DNA from: an uncultured Micrococcales bacterium
GTDB lineage: Bacteria; Actinomycetota; Actinomycetes; Actinomycetales; Microbacteriaceae
Assembly (NCBI GenBank): GCA_903853515.1
Contig: CAINTU010000065.1
Location: 1-41,142, forward strand
Length of the DNA stretch: 41,142 nt
Direction of reading: 5' to 3'
Shown here: piece by piece, positions 19,078 through 29,715 of the stretch
Layout: each line of letters begins with the position of its first letter
How positions within the stretch are numbered: position 1 is the stretch's first letter
Made by a program: the position numbers and the translations under genes
Notes under the pieces: model-generated
What the model was told of the DNA's origin: nothing
The model's input: only the letters and a program-made list of their open reading frames with translations
Database searches by the model: none

Positions 19078-20352
19078 GTGATTGATGCCAACCTGTTGCG
19101 CGAAAACCCTGAGGTTATTAGGGCTTCGCAGCGCGCCCGCCAAGCCGACGAAGCTTTAGTCGACCAAGCCGCCACAGCCGATGCCAACTGGCGCAAAGCG
19201 ATTAGCGAATTCGAAAAACTGCGCGCCGAACAAAATGCGTCGAGCAAACTTGTGGCCGCCGCGCCAAAAGAAGAGAAGGCAGCGTTGGTTGCCGCAGCGC
19301 AAGATTTGGCTGCCCGAGTTAAAGCCGCTGATGCTGCAACCACAGAAGCCGCCGCAGCCCTCGACGAAGCATTGCGCAAAATCGACAACGTCGTGATTAC
19401 AGATGTTCCTGCTGGCGGCGAAGAAGACTTTGTTGTTCTAAGCGAAGTTGGCAGCATGCCAACTTTCGATTTCGAACCGCGCGATCACGTTGCGCTGGGC
19501 GACCTGCTAGATATCATCGACCTCGAGCGCGGCGTAAAAATTAGTGGCTCGAGATTTTATTTTCTAAAAGGATGGGGTGCTCGCCTCGAACTTGCCCTGA
19601 TGAACATGGCGCTCGATCAGGCCGCCGCAGCTGGCTTCACAGCGCTGATTACCCCGACGCTGGTTCGCCCAGAGGTCATGGCCGGCACCGGATTCTTGGG
19701 CCAGCACGCCGACGAAATCTATTACCTGCCGGCCGATGACCTTTATCTAACCGGCACCAGTGAGGTCGCCCTTGCCGGTTATCACCGCGACGAAATAATC
19801 GATCTCACCGATGAACCGCTGCGCTATGCGGGTTGGTCAACCTGTTATCGACGCGAAGCTGGCAGTGCTGGCAAAGATACTCGCGGCATTCTGCGCGTGC
19901 ACCAGTTCAACAAACTCGAAATGTTTAGCTATGTCTTGCCAGAGCAAGCCGAGGCAGAGCACGCAAGATTGCGCGACTATCAAGAGCAGATGCTGCAAAA
20001 ATGCGAACTGCCTTACCGCGTTATCGATGTTGCAGCTGGCGACCTGGGATCCTCTGCTGCCCGCAAATACGACATCGAAGCTTGGGTGCCAACGCAGGGC
20101 GCTTATCGAGAACTCACATCGACATCAAACTGCACCAGCTATCAAGCACGTCGACTCAACATTCGTTATCGCAAAGAAGACGGCAAGACCGCGCCGGTTG
20201 CAACATTGAACGGCACACTCGCCACCACTCGCTGGTTGGTTGCTATTCTCGAAAACCATCAGCAGGCCGATGGCAGTGTGCGAATTCCGAAGGCACTGCA
20301 ACCATATCTAGGCGGCATCGAAGTCATCGAACCGAAGCCGGCAAAAAAATAA
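19078..20352 (+). CDS. serS: Seryl-tRNA synthetase
   Basis: N-terminal coiled coil, [23 protein letters not shown] and TLNGT. Confidence 0.97.
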   Translation: MIDANLLRENPEVIRASQRARQADEALVDQAATADANWRKAISEFEKLRAEQNASSKLVAAAPKEEKAALVAAAQDLAARVKAADAATTEAAAALDEALRKIDNVVITDVPAGGEEDFVVLSEVGSMPTFDFEPRDHVALGDLLDIIDLERGVKISGSRFYFLKGWGARLELALMNMALDQAAAAGFTALITPTLVRPEVMAGTGFLGQHADEIYYLPADDLYLTGTSEVALAGYHRDEIIDLTDEPLRYAGWSTCYRREAGSAGKDTRGILRVHQFNKLEMFSYVLPEQAEAEHARLRDYQEQMLQKCELPYRVIDVAAGDLGSSAARKYDIEAWVPTQGAYRELTSTSNCTSYQARRLNIRYRKEDGKTAPVATLNGTLATTRWLVAILENHQQADGSVRIPKALQPYLGGIEVIEPKPAKK

Positions 20353-20353
20353 A

Positions 20354-21187
20354 GTGACCAACGAATCACCTTGGCTGATTGCCATCGACATCGACGGCAC
20401 ACTCGTGCACGACGACGGCTATCTCTCGCCAAAAAACATTGAGCAGGTTAAGCGTGTGCGCGAACTTGGCCATCACGTATTGGTTTCGACAGGGCGTTCG
20501 GCCGCGAACGCAATCCCAGTTATTCACGATGTCGGTATCGAATCGGGTATGGCTATTTGCTCGAACGGTGCCGTAACAATCGAAGTCGACCCAACGGTGC
20601 CAGCCGGTTTTCACGCTCGCGAAGTAATTAGTTTTGACCCGCGCGAAGTGCTCACAAAATTGATTGCCAATTTGCCAGAGGCTCATTTCGCTGTTGAAGA
20701 CATCGACGGCAGTTATCGCTTTCACAAACCTTTTCCTACATATGCTTTAGGTGAACAAAACTTTGAGACGCCGCTCGATCAACTCATGGATGCCCCGGTG
20801 AGTCGAGTGGTCGTGCTTTCACCTGAACACGACGCCAACGAGTTCGTGCAAATGATCAGCGAAATTGGTCTGCATTCGGTCAGTTATGCGATTGGTTACA
20901 CCGCCTGGCTAGATATTTCGCCAGAAGGCGTCAGTAAGGCCAGCGCTCTCGAAGAGCAGCGCAAGCGCCTTGGCGTGCCGCGCGATCAGGTAATCGCCAT
21001 TGGCGATGGCCGCAACGACATCAGCATGTTCGAGTGGGCAAATGCTGGTGGTGGGCTGTCTTTCGCCATGGGTCAGGGCCCAGATGAGGTCAAAGCCGCC
21101 GCCAGCGCGGTCACCGCCAGCGTTGAGGCAGACGGAGTTGCCAGCGTTCTTTCAGGCTTTGAAGGCATACTCTTCACAAGAGGCTAG
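20354..21187 (+). CDS. Cof-type HAD-IIB family hydrolase
   Basis: DIDGTL, STGR, SNGA, SKA and GDGRND motifs. Confidence 0.9.
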   Translation: MTNESPWLIAIDIDGTLVHDDGYLSPKNIEQVKRVRELGHHVLVSTGRSAANAIPVIHDVGIESGMAICSNGAVTIEVDPTVPAGFHAREVISFDPREVLTKLIANLPEAHFAVEDIDGSYRFHKPFPTYALGEQNFETPLDQLMDAPVSRVVVLSPEHDANEFVQMISEIGLHSVSYAIGYTAWLDISPEGVSKASALEEQRKRLGVPRDQVIAIGDGRNDISMFEWANAGGGLSFAMGQGPDEVKAAASAVTASVEADGVASVLSGFEGILFTRG

Positions 21188-21207
21188 CCAAAGGTAAGAT
21201 TGTTCTC

Positions 21208-21295
21208 GGAGGTCTGTCCGAGCGGCCGATGGAGCTGGTCTTGAAAACCAGTGAACAGAAATGTTCCGTGGGTTCGAATCCCACGGCCTCCGCCA
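21208..21295 (+). tRNA. tRNA-Ser (TGA)
   Basis: GGAGGTC..GGCCTCC-GCCA acceptor, anticodon arm CTGGT-cTTGAaa-ACCAG, long variable arm, GGTTCGAATCC. Confidence 0.96.
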
Positions 21296-21314
21296 GTTTT
21301 AGAAAGGTGCCAAA

Positions 21315-22571
21315 TTGAGCCAAGAGCCAAAAGCACCAAAGCAAGCCGCAGCAGCGAGGCACTCGAATCAGAGTGATACCTCGCTTGCTGGTCGGTTTTT
21401 TGCAGCACTCGGCAAAATCGTTGCGGTGCTGGTCATCTCATCGCTAACCGTCGTTGCACTATCTGCCTGGCAGTTGCAGTCAGAACTCGACAGGCACAAA
21501 ATCCACTTGCCAGTTGGTGCAAGTCAAACCCCGCCGAACATCAACGGCCCTATCAACTTGCTGCTCGTCGGTTCAGACACACGCTCTGGCCAAGGCATGA
21601 CCGTGTTTGGCAATTCTGGCGGCAACCTCGCCGACGTGATTATCTTGTTGCACATAGCGGCAGACCGTCAGAGTGCAGTGGCACTTAGTTTTCCGCGCGA
21701 CCTTCTAGTGCCATGGCCGCACTGCCCGAGCACGACCGGTGGCCCAGGATACCTGCCACAAACGCTCGGTCAGATTAACGCAACAATCTCTAACGGCGGC
21801 CCAGGTTGCACGCTGCTAACCGTTGAGCAGCTAACCGGCCTCAGCATTCCTTATCTTGCGATGATCGACTTCAAGGGCGTCATCGAATTGTCTAACGTTG
21901 TTGGTGGCGTCAACGTGTGTGTTGCTAAAGACATCAACGACCCTTATACAAACACCTATCTAAAGGCAGGCGCGCACACTTTGCAGGGCTTGCAGGCACT
22001 GCAGTTCTTGCGCACACGCCACGGTGTTGGCGACGGCAGTGACCTAACTCGCATTTCAAACCAGCAGGTATTTTTAACGTCGCTAGTTCGAAAGATCAAG
22101 AGCAAAGATGTGCTTTCGAACCCGGTCACACTTTATGGTTTGGCTGCAGCGGCTTCGCGCAATATGGTGCTGAGCGACACCTTGGCCGACAACGGCACCT
22201 TGGTTGCAATCGCCATGGGCCTCAAAGCCATCCCGATGAAAAACATCACGTTCTTGCAGTTGCCTTCGGTTGCGGGTTTGCCAGCGCCTTATGCCGGCCG
22301 CGTCAAACCAGATGCAGAAAAAGCTCAGGTGCTATTCGATCTGATCAAGGCCGATAAGCCTTTGGTGTTGTCAAAGGCAAACACCGGTTATGGCGGTGCG
22401 GTTGTGGTCACGCCAACACCAACGCCATCAACAAGCGGCAAGCCAAGCCCAAAGCCAAGCGCCTCGGCAAGTGCAACGGCAACACCAAAGCCAAGCCCAA
22501 GCATCAGCACATTGCCTGATTGGGCAGAAGGCACAAACGCCGCAACCACCACCTGCTCTAAGGGCAACTAG
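21315..22571 (+). CDS. LCP (LytR-CpsA-Psr) family cell-wall polymer ligase
   Basis: N-terminal TM; LLVGSDTR, SFPRD, LRTRH and DLTRISNQQ motifs; C-terminal P/S/T linker. Confidence 0.92.
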   Translation: MSQEPKAPKQAAAARHSNQSDTSLAGRFFAALGKIVAVLVISSLTVVALSAWQLQSELDRHKIHLPVGASQTPPNINGPINLLLVGSDTRSGQGMTVFGNSGGNLADVIILLHIAADRQSAVALSFPRDLLVPWPHCPSTTGGPGYLPQTLGQINATISNGGPGCTLLTVEQLTGLSIPYLAMIDFKGVIELSNVVGGVNVCVAKDINDPYTNTYLKAGAHTLQGLQALQFLRTRHGVGDGSDLTRISNQQVFLTSLVRKIKSKDVLSNPVTLYGLAAAASRNMVLSDTLADNGTLVAIAMGLKAIPMKNITFLQLPSVAGLPAPYAGRVKPDAEKAQVLFDLIKADKPLVLSKANTGYGGAVVVTPTPTPSTSGKPSPKPSASASATATPKPSPSISTLPDWAEGTNAATTTCSKGN

Positions 22572-22591
22572 CTGCTTGTTAGGCTGAATCC

Positions 22592-23956
22592 ATGCCAGAT
22601 TATATCTCGGCGTTGGATTTGTTCACTATCGGAATCGGACCCTCAAGTTCGCACACGGTAGGTCCAATGAGAGCAGCGTTGCTCTTTGCGCAGGCTCTCG
22701 ACGCCAACGCGTCTTTGCCACAGGTCGATCGACTTCAAATTGAACTTTATGGTTCGCTTGGGGCAACCGGCCCCGGTCACGGCACATCAAATGCGATTTT
22801 GGCTGGCCTCGAAGGCTTAGCACCAGAAACCTGTGATCCAGAATCTGTTGGCACCGCTTGGCAACGCACGGTTGAATCCAAGACCTATCGTCTGCTCGGC
22901 CGCAGCATCAGATTCGATTTGGCTGATTTCAAATTCTTAGGGCGACAAACTTTGCCTCGCCACTCGAATGCACTCAAATTTGCTGCCTTCTCAGTTGATG
23001 GCGATGAACTTCTGACACAGACCTTCTATTCAGTTGGCGGTGGCTTCGTCGAAGCCGAGCACTCGATCGAAAAACCGTTGCGGGCACCAGTGCCTTTCGC
23101 ATTCGATTCGGCAGTTGAATTGCTCGAGCACGCGACTAAGCAAAACACGAAGATTGCCGACATCGCGTGGCAAAACGAGATAGCGCTGCACGGCGACCAA
23201 GAGTTTGTTGCTGAGCGACTCAAAGCCATTTGGGCGGCAATGTCATCTTGCATCAATGCGGGTCTTTCAACTCGTGGCACACTGCCTGGCTATTTGCAGG
23301 TGCCGAGGCGCGCGGCAGATATGGCAGCAGCACTCTCAGCGCAATCGCTTCAAGAGAAATCTGAACTCTCGAATCAATGGCTTCAGGCTTATGCCTTTGC
23401 AGTGAACGAACAAAACGCAGCCGGCGCGCGCGTGGTCACGGCACCGACCAACGGTGCTGCCGGAATCATTCCCGCAGTTGCGTTTTATGCAAGGCAGTTT
23501 CGTGGCGTTGGCGATGCAAAAATCGCCAAGGATTTCTTGCTAACCGCTGCCGCAATTGGCTCACTATATAAACGCAACGCGTCTATAAGTGGGGCAGAAG
23601 CTGGCTGTCAGGGCGAGGTCGGCTCAGCTTGTTCAATGGCGGCCGGTGCGTTGGCTGCAGTGCTCGGTGGCACACCTGCGCAAATCGAAAACGCAGCTGA
23701 GATCGCGATGGAACATAATCTGGGCCTAACCTGCGACCCGGTTGGTGGCTTCGTGCAGATGCCGTGCATCGAACGTAATGCAATCGCGGCCGGCACAGCA
23801 CTCTCGGCGGTGAGGTTGGCTTTGCTCGGCGACGGCAGTCATAAAATCTCGCTCGACACAGTCATCGAGACGATGCGTCAAACTGGCATCGACATGTCAT
23901 CGAAATATAAAGAGACCTCGCTTGGCGGGCTCGCGGTAAACGTTGTTGAGTGCTAG
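22592..23956 (+). CDS. sdaA: L-serine ammonia-lyase, Fe-S dependent
   Basis: [47 protein letters not shown] and KYKETS. Confidence 0.95.
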   Translation: MPDYISALDLFTIGIGPSSSHTVGPMRAALLFAQALDANASLPQVDRLQIELYGSLGATGPGHGTSNAILAGLEGLAPETCDPESVGTAWQRTVESKTYRLLGRSIRFDLADFKFLGRQTLPRHSNALKFAAFSVDGDELLTQTFYSVGGGFVEAEHSIEKPLRAPVPFAFDSAVELLEHATKQNTKIADIAWQNEIALHGDQEFVAERLKAIWAAMSSCINAGLSTRGTLPGYLQVPRRAADMAAALSAQSLQEKSELSNQWLQAYAFAVNEQNAAGARVVTAPTNGAAGIIPAVAFYARQFRGVGDAKIAKDFLLTAAAIGSLYKRNASISGAEAGCQGEVGSACSMAAGALAAVLGGTPAQIENAAEIAMEHNLGLTCDPVGGFVQMPCIERNAIAAGTALSAVRLALLGDGSHKISLDTVIETMRQTGIDMSSKYKETSLGGLAVNVVEC

Positions 23957-26293
23957 CTAGTTTGTAACTTGTGCGCTCGCAGCACTTTGAGCGCTCGCGT
24001 CAACGAATCCCGGCTTTTTTGAGGTAACCGCAAAGACCAGTGTTGCGCCAATATCGGCTGCCACAAGTTTGTGAGTGCGTGCGGTTTCACCTGTGATTGC
24101 GACACCGTCTCTAAGCCACTGATAACTTTGCTTCGAGCCTGAATCCCAACCCGAGGCAATGCCACTTAGAGTGCGACCAACTTTGGTTAGGCCGCTAATC
24201 GAAACAGCAGGCACCTTGGTTTGGTTCGCTGCCACAACTGCAATTTGGTCGGTCAACGTTGTTACAGGGTTGAATCCTGTTCGAATGAAGGTGGCACGCA
24301 ATGCAAGTTTGTGAGTTACGTCGTCAGCTTTGATTGAATAGTTGACCCTGGTAGCACCTTGAATTGCCGTGTTGTCGCGCAGCCACTGCCAAGAAACTTT
24401 CGTGCCGGCAGCTATGGTGCCAGTTGCCGAAAGGGTCTGTGCCATCACGCCACTGCCGTTGATTGTGATCACTGGCGCTGTCATCGTGCCAGCTTGAATG
24501 GTCTTTGAATTGCTGGTGCTGATAGCAGTCTTGAAGCCAGTCTGCAAAACCGTTGTGCGAACAGTGATTGCCTTCTGAAAATCGACGACAGTTGGCGAAT
24601 AGGTGGTGGCTGTTGCCCCAGCAATAGCGCGGCCTGCGCGAAGCCATTGGTAGCTCACTTGAGTGTCACCGGCAGTTATCGGCGTTGCTGACAGCAGACC
24701 GTTCACGACGGCGTCGCCACTAATTGCTGCGGCCGGTGCTGCAACCGCCGGTGAAATAACCGATGCATTCGATGTGGTTTCGGCCGAAGTGAATCCTGGC
24801 TTGGTTTGGCTTAGTCGAACTGAAATTGAATGGTTTAAATCAGTTGCGCCTAATTGATAGGTCGAAGCCTGCGCCCCTGTGATTGCCTGACCATCTCGCA
24901 ACCATTGAAACGCTGAAGTCGCGCTGTAATCGTAGGTTGATGCGGTGGCGTTCAAAATCTGACCGACTCGCGGCACTCCAGCCACAGCGACAGCCGCGGC
25001 GACGGGTGGTTGGGTCAACAAAAACGAAGTCAGCGAAGTTGTGCGCTGATCAAAGAAAGTGTCTAACCAGTTTTGCCAAGAAATAACGCCAGGCAGATAA
25101 ACAAATGTGGGACGATTCTCGTGTGCGACATAGGCGTCGTTAATCACAGCTGTGATTTGGTTTTTCTCGGTGACCATGTCGAGTCTAGAAACCGTGTTTT
25201 TGGCGGCGACCTCGGCTTGAATTAAAAGTGCCTTGCAAGGGTCGTAGGCAACACATTTGCGCAACATCACAGAGCGCGAGTTGCCCCAGTTTCTAAACGC
25301 AGGCCCTTGGCCCAACCAGTCCAACTGTGCACTCGGGTCCATCGGAAAAGTGCCGTCTTCACCCCAAGGAATCAGACTGAGTTTTGAATTGTTGTCAAAC
25401 ACAATGAAGTAGTTGTTTTGCACTACGTCGGTATAGCCATCCCAGTTGCTTGTGAAAATATCTGTGGCCATCAGATTTATAACTTCGGTCATGTTAGCGA
25501 CCTTGTTTACGGCCGTCCACCAATCAGCGCCATCAAGATTAGACACGGCCACAGCTGCGTTTAAATCGGTGCGATCTGCATCGCCATAGTTGGTGTCATA
25601 GCAGCCACTTTGCCAAGGGGTTAAATCAGCGCCATAGCAATTCGAGCTATAGAGGTGCTTAGGTGTTGTCCACCGCTTAAGCATTTGCGAGTCGACTGAC
25701 TCGATGTTCATATAAAGGCCAAAGTCTTGGCCGTTTAGCGTGACCCAAGAATATGTTGTGCGTGGCGCGATGACACCCATGGCTCGATAAATGCGATAGG
25801 TCATGTCTTCGTGCACATACGAAGGATCTTGAACCATGCTGTTCAAAGTCATTCGGGTTAGGCCCATAAATTTCTGCCCTGGCACGAACTGATCAAACTT
25901 GAGTTTGAGCGGGGCCTTGCCATATAGGTTGGTACGAGTGGCTTGCCCCTTGATGCGCACACCGATGTCGGCGAAACTTGTCACAACACCATCGGCGGTG
26001 GTGATTGTGACTGCGGCATGTTGATAAACGACCGTGCCTGGGTTGTTGTTGAGTTCATTGAACGACGCATCTGGCAAGGTCAGCTTCACATTAGACACGG
26101 CAAGCGGGTTATAAAAGGCAGCGGCCTTATCTAAGCCCTCGTTATAGGCCGTACTTGAAATGCCTGACACGGGTTGATCGGCAAGAGCCGGTTGAGCGCT
26201 TGCCACAAGCGTCAAGCCCGAAATCAAGAGGCCGATAATTTTCGCACCCATGCCTAGTTTCAACGAGCGAGTTCCTTGCTGTTTGGGGTTCAT
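23957..26293 (-). CDS. Secreted CotH-family kinase with four C-terminal Ig-like (YQWLRDG) repeats
   Basis: Signal peptide ending ALA-D; VRIKG, KLKFD, GLYMNIE, NWDGY..NNY and PWGED motifs; four repeats of about 85 aa. Confidence 0.82.
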   Translation of the reverse strand: MNPKQQGTRSLKLGMGAKIIGLLISGLTLVASAQPALADQPVSGISSTAYNEGLDKAAAFYNPLAVSNVKLTLPDASFNELNNNPGTVVYQHAAVTITTADGVVTSFADIGVRIKGQATRTNLYGKAPLKLKFDQFVPGQKFMGLTRMTLNSMVQDPSYVHEDMTYRIYRAMGVIAPRTTYSWVTLNGQDFGLYMNIESVDSQMLKRWTTPKHLYSSNCYGADLTPWQSGCYDTNYGDADRTDLNAAVAVSNLDGADWWTAVNKVANMTEVINLMATDIFTSNWDGYTDVVQNNYFIVFDNNSKLSLIPWGEDGTFPMDPSAQLDWLGQGPAFRNWGNSRSVMLRKCVAYDPCKALLIQAEVAAKNTVSRLDMVTEKNQITAVINDAYVAHENRPTFVYLPGVISWQNWLDTFFDQRTTSLTSFLLTQPPVAAAVAVAGVPRVGQILNATASTYDYSATSAFQWLRDGQAITGAQASTYQLGATDLNHSISVRLSQTKPGFTSAETTSNASVISPAVAAPAAAISGDAVVNGLLSATPITAGDTQVSYQWLRAGRAIAGATATTYSPTVVDFQKAITVRTTVLQTGFKTAISTSNSKTIQAGTMTAPVITINGSGVMAQTLSATGTIAAGTKVSWQWLRDNTAIQGATRVNYSIKADDVTHKLALRATFIRTGFNPVTTLTDQIAVVAANQTKVPAVSISGLTKVGRTLSGIASGWDSGSKQSYQWLRDGVAITGETARTHKLVAADIGATLVFAVTSKKPGFVDASAQSAASAQVTN

Positions 26294-26336
26294 GCGCTGC
26301 CAGTTGGCAACGGCTTTAGCCTATTCGCTATGAAGG

Positions 26337-27431
26337 TTAGGCGCGCTTAGAGCTTGATGACTTAGCGGTTGAGATTTTGTTAAGGTTGGCCACAGACCCG
26401 CGTTTGATTAGTTCTGCGTCGAGAACTATTTTCTTGGGATTGTTTTTGCCCTCGATGGCTTCGACCAATTCGTCGACTGCCAGACGACCGAGTTCTTCAA
26501 CAGGTCGACCGATTACGGTGATACCCGGCACCATGGCAGCCGCCCAGGGGCTGTCGTCAAAGCTGATTACCGAAAGGTCTTGGCCGATGCGCATGCCTCT
26601 TGTGCCTGCAACTTTGAGCACGGCCAGAAGCATGTCGTTGTTAGAAGTAAAAATAATTGTAGGCGGCACTTTTGCATCGAGCAGTGATTCGACTGCCGAA
26701 TGTGCGGCGGTTTCGGTATCTTCGCAATAGACCCAAGCGACTTGGCTAGCCCTAAGTTTCGCGTCGGCGACGCCACTTGCGAAACCATCTGCACGCTCTT
26801 GAACCGAGCTGATCGGAATAAGTGGGCGTTCATCAGTGAACCCCTTAATGCCTGGCACGGCAATCAAGAAGCCCAATTGCCGATGGCCGCTTTCGATCGC
26901 ATAGACGGTCGCTTCTTCAGCTGCGACTAGGTCGCCAGTGGTGATAGTTGTATAGCGAACACCATCGAGTCTTCGGTCAATAACCACTACCGGCTTGCCG
27001 CCGACTTGCTTTGGTGCAAGGTGGTCGTGAACAACTGCGCTTGACGGCACAACAATTAGGCCGTCGACCTGATTGCCAAGAAGCGTTTTAACAGCTTGTC
27101 GTTCAACAGTGATGTTTTCGTCGGTGTGCGAAATCAGAACCTGATAGCCAAAGGATTTGGCTTGATCGATAATCGCTTTTGTTGCGCGATCGAAAAAGGC
27201 GTTTGTGAAATCGCTGATAACGACGAGACCGATGGTCTTGGTTTTGCCAGAACGCATGGCTGCGGCTATAGCGTTTGGCTTATAGCCAATCTCTTGCGCA
27301 ACCTTGCGAATGTGAGCGACTGTTTCGGCATTGATACGCCCATATCCGGCAAGCGCTCGAGACACAGTTGCGCGCGAAACGCCAGCGGCACTAGCCACGT
27401 CGTTGATCGTCACGCTTCGGTTGCTTGCCAT
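26337..27431 (-). CDS. LacI family transcriptional regulator
   Basis: TINDVASAAGVSRATVSR HTH, YKPN hinge and periplasmic-binding-type sensor domain; start at MASNR. Confidence 0.93.
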   Translation of the reverse strand: MASNRSVTINDVASAAGVSRATVSRALAGYGRINAETVAHIRKVAQEIGYKPNAIAAAMRSGKTKTIGLVVISDFTNAFFDRATKAIIDQAKSFGYQVLISHTDENITVERQAVKTLLGNQVDGLIVVPSSAVVHDHLAPKQVGGKPVVVIDRRLDGVRYTTITTGDLVAAEEATVYAIESGHRQLGFLIAVPGIKGFTDERPLIPISSVQERADGFASGVADAKLRASQVAWVYCEDTETAAHSAVESLLDAKVPPTIIFTSNNDMLLAVLKVAGTRGMRIGQDLSVISFDDSPWAAAMVPGITVIGRPVEELGRLAVDELVEAIEGKNNPKKIVLDAELIKRGSVANLNKISTAKSSSSKRA

Positions 27432-27562
27432 CAGCCCGTGCCACTCATCCTTGCTATTTGGTTGTTGCTTCGTTGCCAGTCGCCAACTGGCGACCAGCAG
27501 GTCTATTCGTGATGAAACTGTAACCTCGAAAAGTTGCAGGTTATTTTCATTACCTGCCATGA

Positions 27563-27593
27563 TAGTATCAAGATTTGCGAGACCGTTCTCGCA
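27563..27593 (+). promoter_or_regulatory. -10 element (TAGTAT, 27563-27568) and LacI-type operator TGCGAGACCGTTCTCGCA (27576-27593)
   Basis: Near-perfect 18-bp palindrome with central CG between divergent lacI and the ABC operon; AAGGAG RBS downstream. Confidence 0.7.
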
Positions 27594-27623
27594 TTTCTCG
27601 CAAAAATCTAACAAGGAGAACAT

Positions 27624-28610
27624 ATGAACAAGCGCTTTATCAAGGTTGGTGTAGCAGCTGTTGCAGTTGCAGCGCTAGCACTGACAGCAACCGGTTGCTC
27701 AAACAGCAACAAGACTCTAAGCATCGCTTTTGTTATGGGTGCCGAGTCAGATCCATTCTTCCAGGCAATGAAGGTCGGCGCAGAGGCAGAAGCTAAGGCT
27801 GAAGGCGTAAACCTAATCTGGCAGGGTGACGCAACTCACTACGACATTGCTACCCAGGTTCCAATCGTTGACAACGTAATCAACCAGAAGCCAGACGGCC
27901 TAGTTTTGATTCCTACCGACCCTAACGGTCTTCAGGCATCGAGCGACAAGGCTGTTGCAGCTGGCATCGCTGTTGCAAACGTTGACACCCACACCGCAGA
28001 CACCTCAAAGGCAATCATCACCATCACCGGTGACAACGCTGACGGTGGCGCAAAGGCTGCTGACGCAATCGCAGGCGCAATCGGTTACACCGCAGGCAAG
28101 ACCTACCAGGTCGTCGTTGGTCTAACCTCTGCAACTGCAACCACCAACGTTGGCCGTCTAGACGGTTTCAAGGCTCAGGTTGCTGCACAGTACCCAGGCA
28201 TCAAGATCGTCGACGTTGCTTACTCAGCTTCGAACCCAACCACTGCAAACAGCAACGTAAACAACTGGCTAACCAAGTACCCTAACCTCTCGGGCATCTT
28301 CGCAATCGATGGCACCAACGCCACCGGTGCTGCTGCTGCTCTGCAGGCTAAGAACCTAGTTGGCAAGATCGCTCTTGTTGGTTACGACGCTTACCCAGCA
28401 AACGTTGCTCTAGTTAAGACTGGCGTCTTCACTGCCCTGATCGCTCAGGACCCAGCAGCAGAAGCCAAGCTAGCTATCAGCACTTTGGTTGCATACATCA
28501 AGAACGGCACCAAGCCTGCCTCGCACGACGTTGTTATTCCTAACGTCACGCTAGACAAGAACACCTCGGCTGCTGACTTCACCAAGTACACCTACGTAGC
28601 AACCAACTAA
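27624..28610 (+). CDS. Monosaccharide ABC transporter substrate-binding lipoprotein (RbsB-like)
   Basis: Lipobox ATGC, DPFF, GDNADGG, VGYD and QDP motifs; strong RBS. Confidence 0.9.
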   Translation: MNKRFIKVGVAAVAVAALALTATGCSNSNKTLSIAFVMGAESDPFFQAMKVGAEAEAKAEGVNLIWQGDATHYDIATQVPIVDNVINQKPDGLVLIPTDPNGLQASSDKAVAAGIAVANVDTHTADTSKAIITITGDNADGGAKAADAIAGAIGYTAGKTYQVVVGLTSATATTNVGRLDGFKAQVAAQYPGIKIVDVAYSASNPTTANSNVNNWLTKYPNLSGIFAIDGTNATGAAAALQAKNLVGKIALVGYDAYPANVALVKTGVFTALIAQDPAAEAKLAISTLVAYIKNGTKPASHDVVIPNVTLDKNTSAADFTKYTYVATN

Positions 28611-28656
28611 TTACCAAAGTCGCTAACGCAAGTTAGCAACAACGAAGGACACAAAA

Positions 28657-29715
28657 GTGGCTAAGAGCAAGCAAGAGATAGCGACCAGCGAGAACACCGT
28701 TCGATCATTTGGGGCATGGGCTAAAAGCACATTCTCAAACCAGAGCGCGATTTTGGTGGTCACCCTGTTGATTCTTGCGATCTTGTTCCAGATTGGTTCC
28801 GAAGGCATCTTCCTGAACTTCGGCACCCTGGGCACGATTCTTGAAGACTGGGGCAGCTATATCTTGCTTGCTCTTGCCGAAACTTTTGTGGTTATCACGG
28901 GCGGCATCGACCTTTCGGTCGGTGCCACCGTGAGCCTTTCGTCGGTAGTCGCCGGCTGGGTTCTTGTGCAGGGCATGCATCTGGATGCAACCACCCAAGG
29001 ATCAGCTGCACTGCCATATGTTTTGCTTGCAACACTCGTTGCACTTCTAGTTGGTCTCGCCGTTGGTGCACTCAACGCGTTCTTGATCAACATTTTAAAA
29101 ATTGTTCCCTTCATCGCAACCTTGGCAACCATGGGTGCAATGGGCGGATTGGCAATCATCATTTCGGGCGGCATGCCTTTGCAGGGCCCGAATGATTTCA
29201 GTTTGGGTATTGCCTATAACATCGGCGGCGTTCAGCTGCCTATTTCGACCACCATCGTTTGCGTGTTGGTCATCACCGTGATTGCAGGTCTCTATCTGCA
29301 CAAGACCCGTTTCGGTCTTTATACTTTTGCACTCGGTTCGAACCCGTTTGCTACTCGCGCCGCTGGTATCAGCCCAGCTCGCCACCTAACCAAGATCTAT
29401 ATGCTCTCGGGCGGCCTCGCAGGCCTAGCCGGCGCTTATGCCTATGTGCGATTGGGTGCTGGTTCACCTTCTAACGGTGCTGGCATGGAACTCTACGCGA
29501 TTGCCGCAACCGTTATTGGCGGTGCATCACTGATGGGTGGCGTTGGTCGCGTGGTTGGTGTGGCACTAGGCACGCTAGTTTTGTTCACCGTGCAGTCGGG
29601 CCTCTTGATGGTAAAGGTTGTCACCGTTAGCCCAGATCTCAAGCAGGTAATCGTGGCGATTTTGATTGCAGCTGCAGTAGCTGTGCAAACCTTGCAAAAG
29701 TCGAATAGAAGGTAA
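28657..29715 (+). CDS. Monosaccharide ABC transporter permease (RbsC-like)
   Basis: GGIDLSVG, PFIATL, TRFG..ALGSN and IAATVIGGASL. Confidence 0.92.
   Translation: MAKSKQEIATSENTVRSFGAWAKSTFSNQSAILVVTLLILAILFQIGSEGIFLNFGTLGTILEDWGSYILLALAETFVVITGGIDLSVGATVSLSSVVAGWVLVQGMHLDATTQGSAALPYVLLATLVALLVGLAVGALNAFLINILKIVPFIATLATMGAMGGLAIIISGGMPLQGPNDFSLGIAYNIGGVQLPISTTIVCVLVITVIAGLYLHKTRFGLYTFALGSNPFATRAAGISPARHLTKIYMLSGGLAGLAGAYAYVRLGAGSPSNGAGMELYAIAATVIGGASLMGGVGRVVGVALGTLVLFTVQSGLLMVKVVTVSPDLKQVIVAILIAAAVAVQTLQKSNRR

Noticed and set aside
19050-19457. 135-aa antisense ORF to serS, and the many similar shadow ORFs across the window
   Set aside because: These are expected opposite-strand or alternate-frame ORFs of GC-rich coding genes and carry no motifs
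21174-21408. Short ORFs across tRNA-Ser (likewise 31954-32241 and 33364-33570)
   Set aside because: They overlap clear tRNA genes
22400-22510. CCAAG/CCAAC-type repeats at the LCP 3' end as a possible array
   Set aside because: They encode a degenerate Pro/Ser/Thr linker; there is no repeat-spacer structure and no cas genes, so no CRISPR was called anywhere in the window
27432-27623. 64-aa N-terminal extension of LacI
   Set aside because: It covers the divergent promoter/operator; the HTH begins right after the Met at 27431
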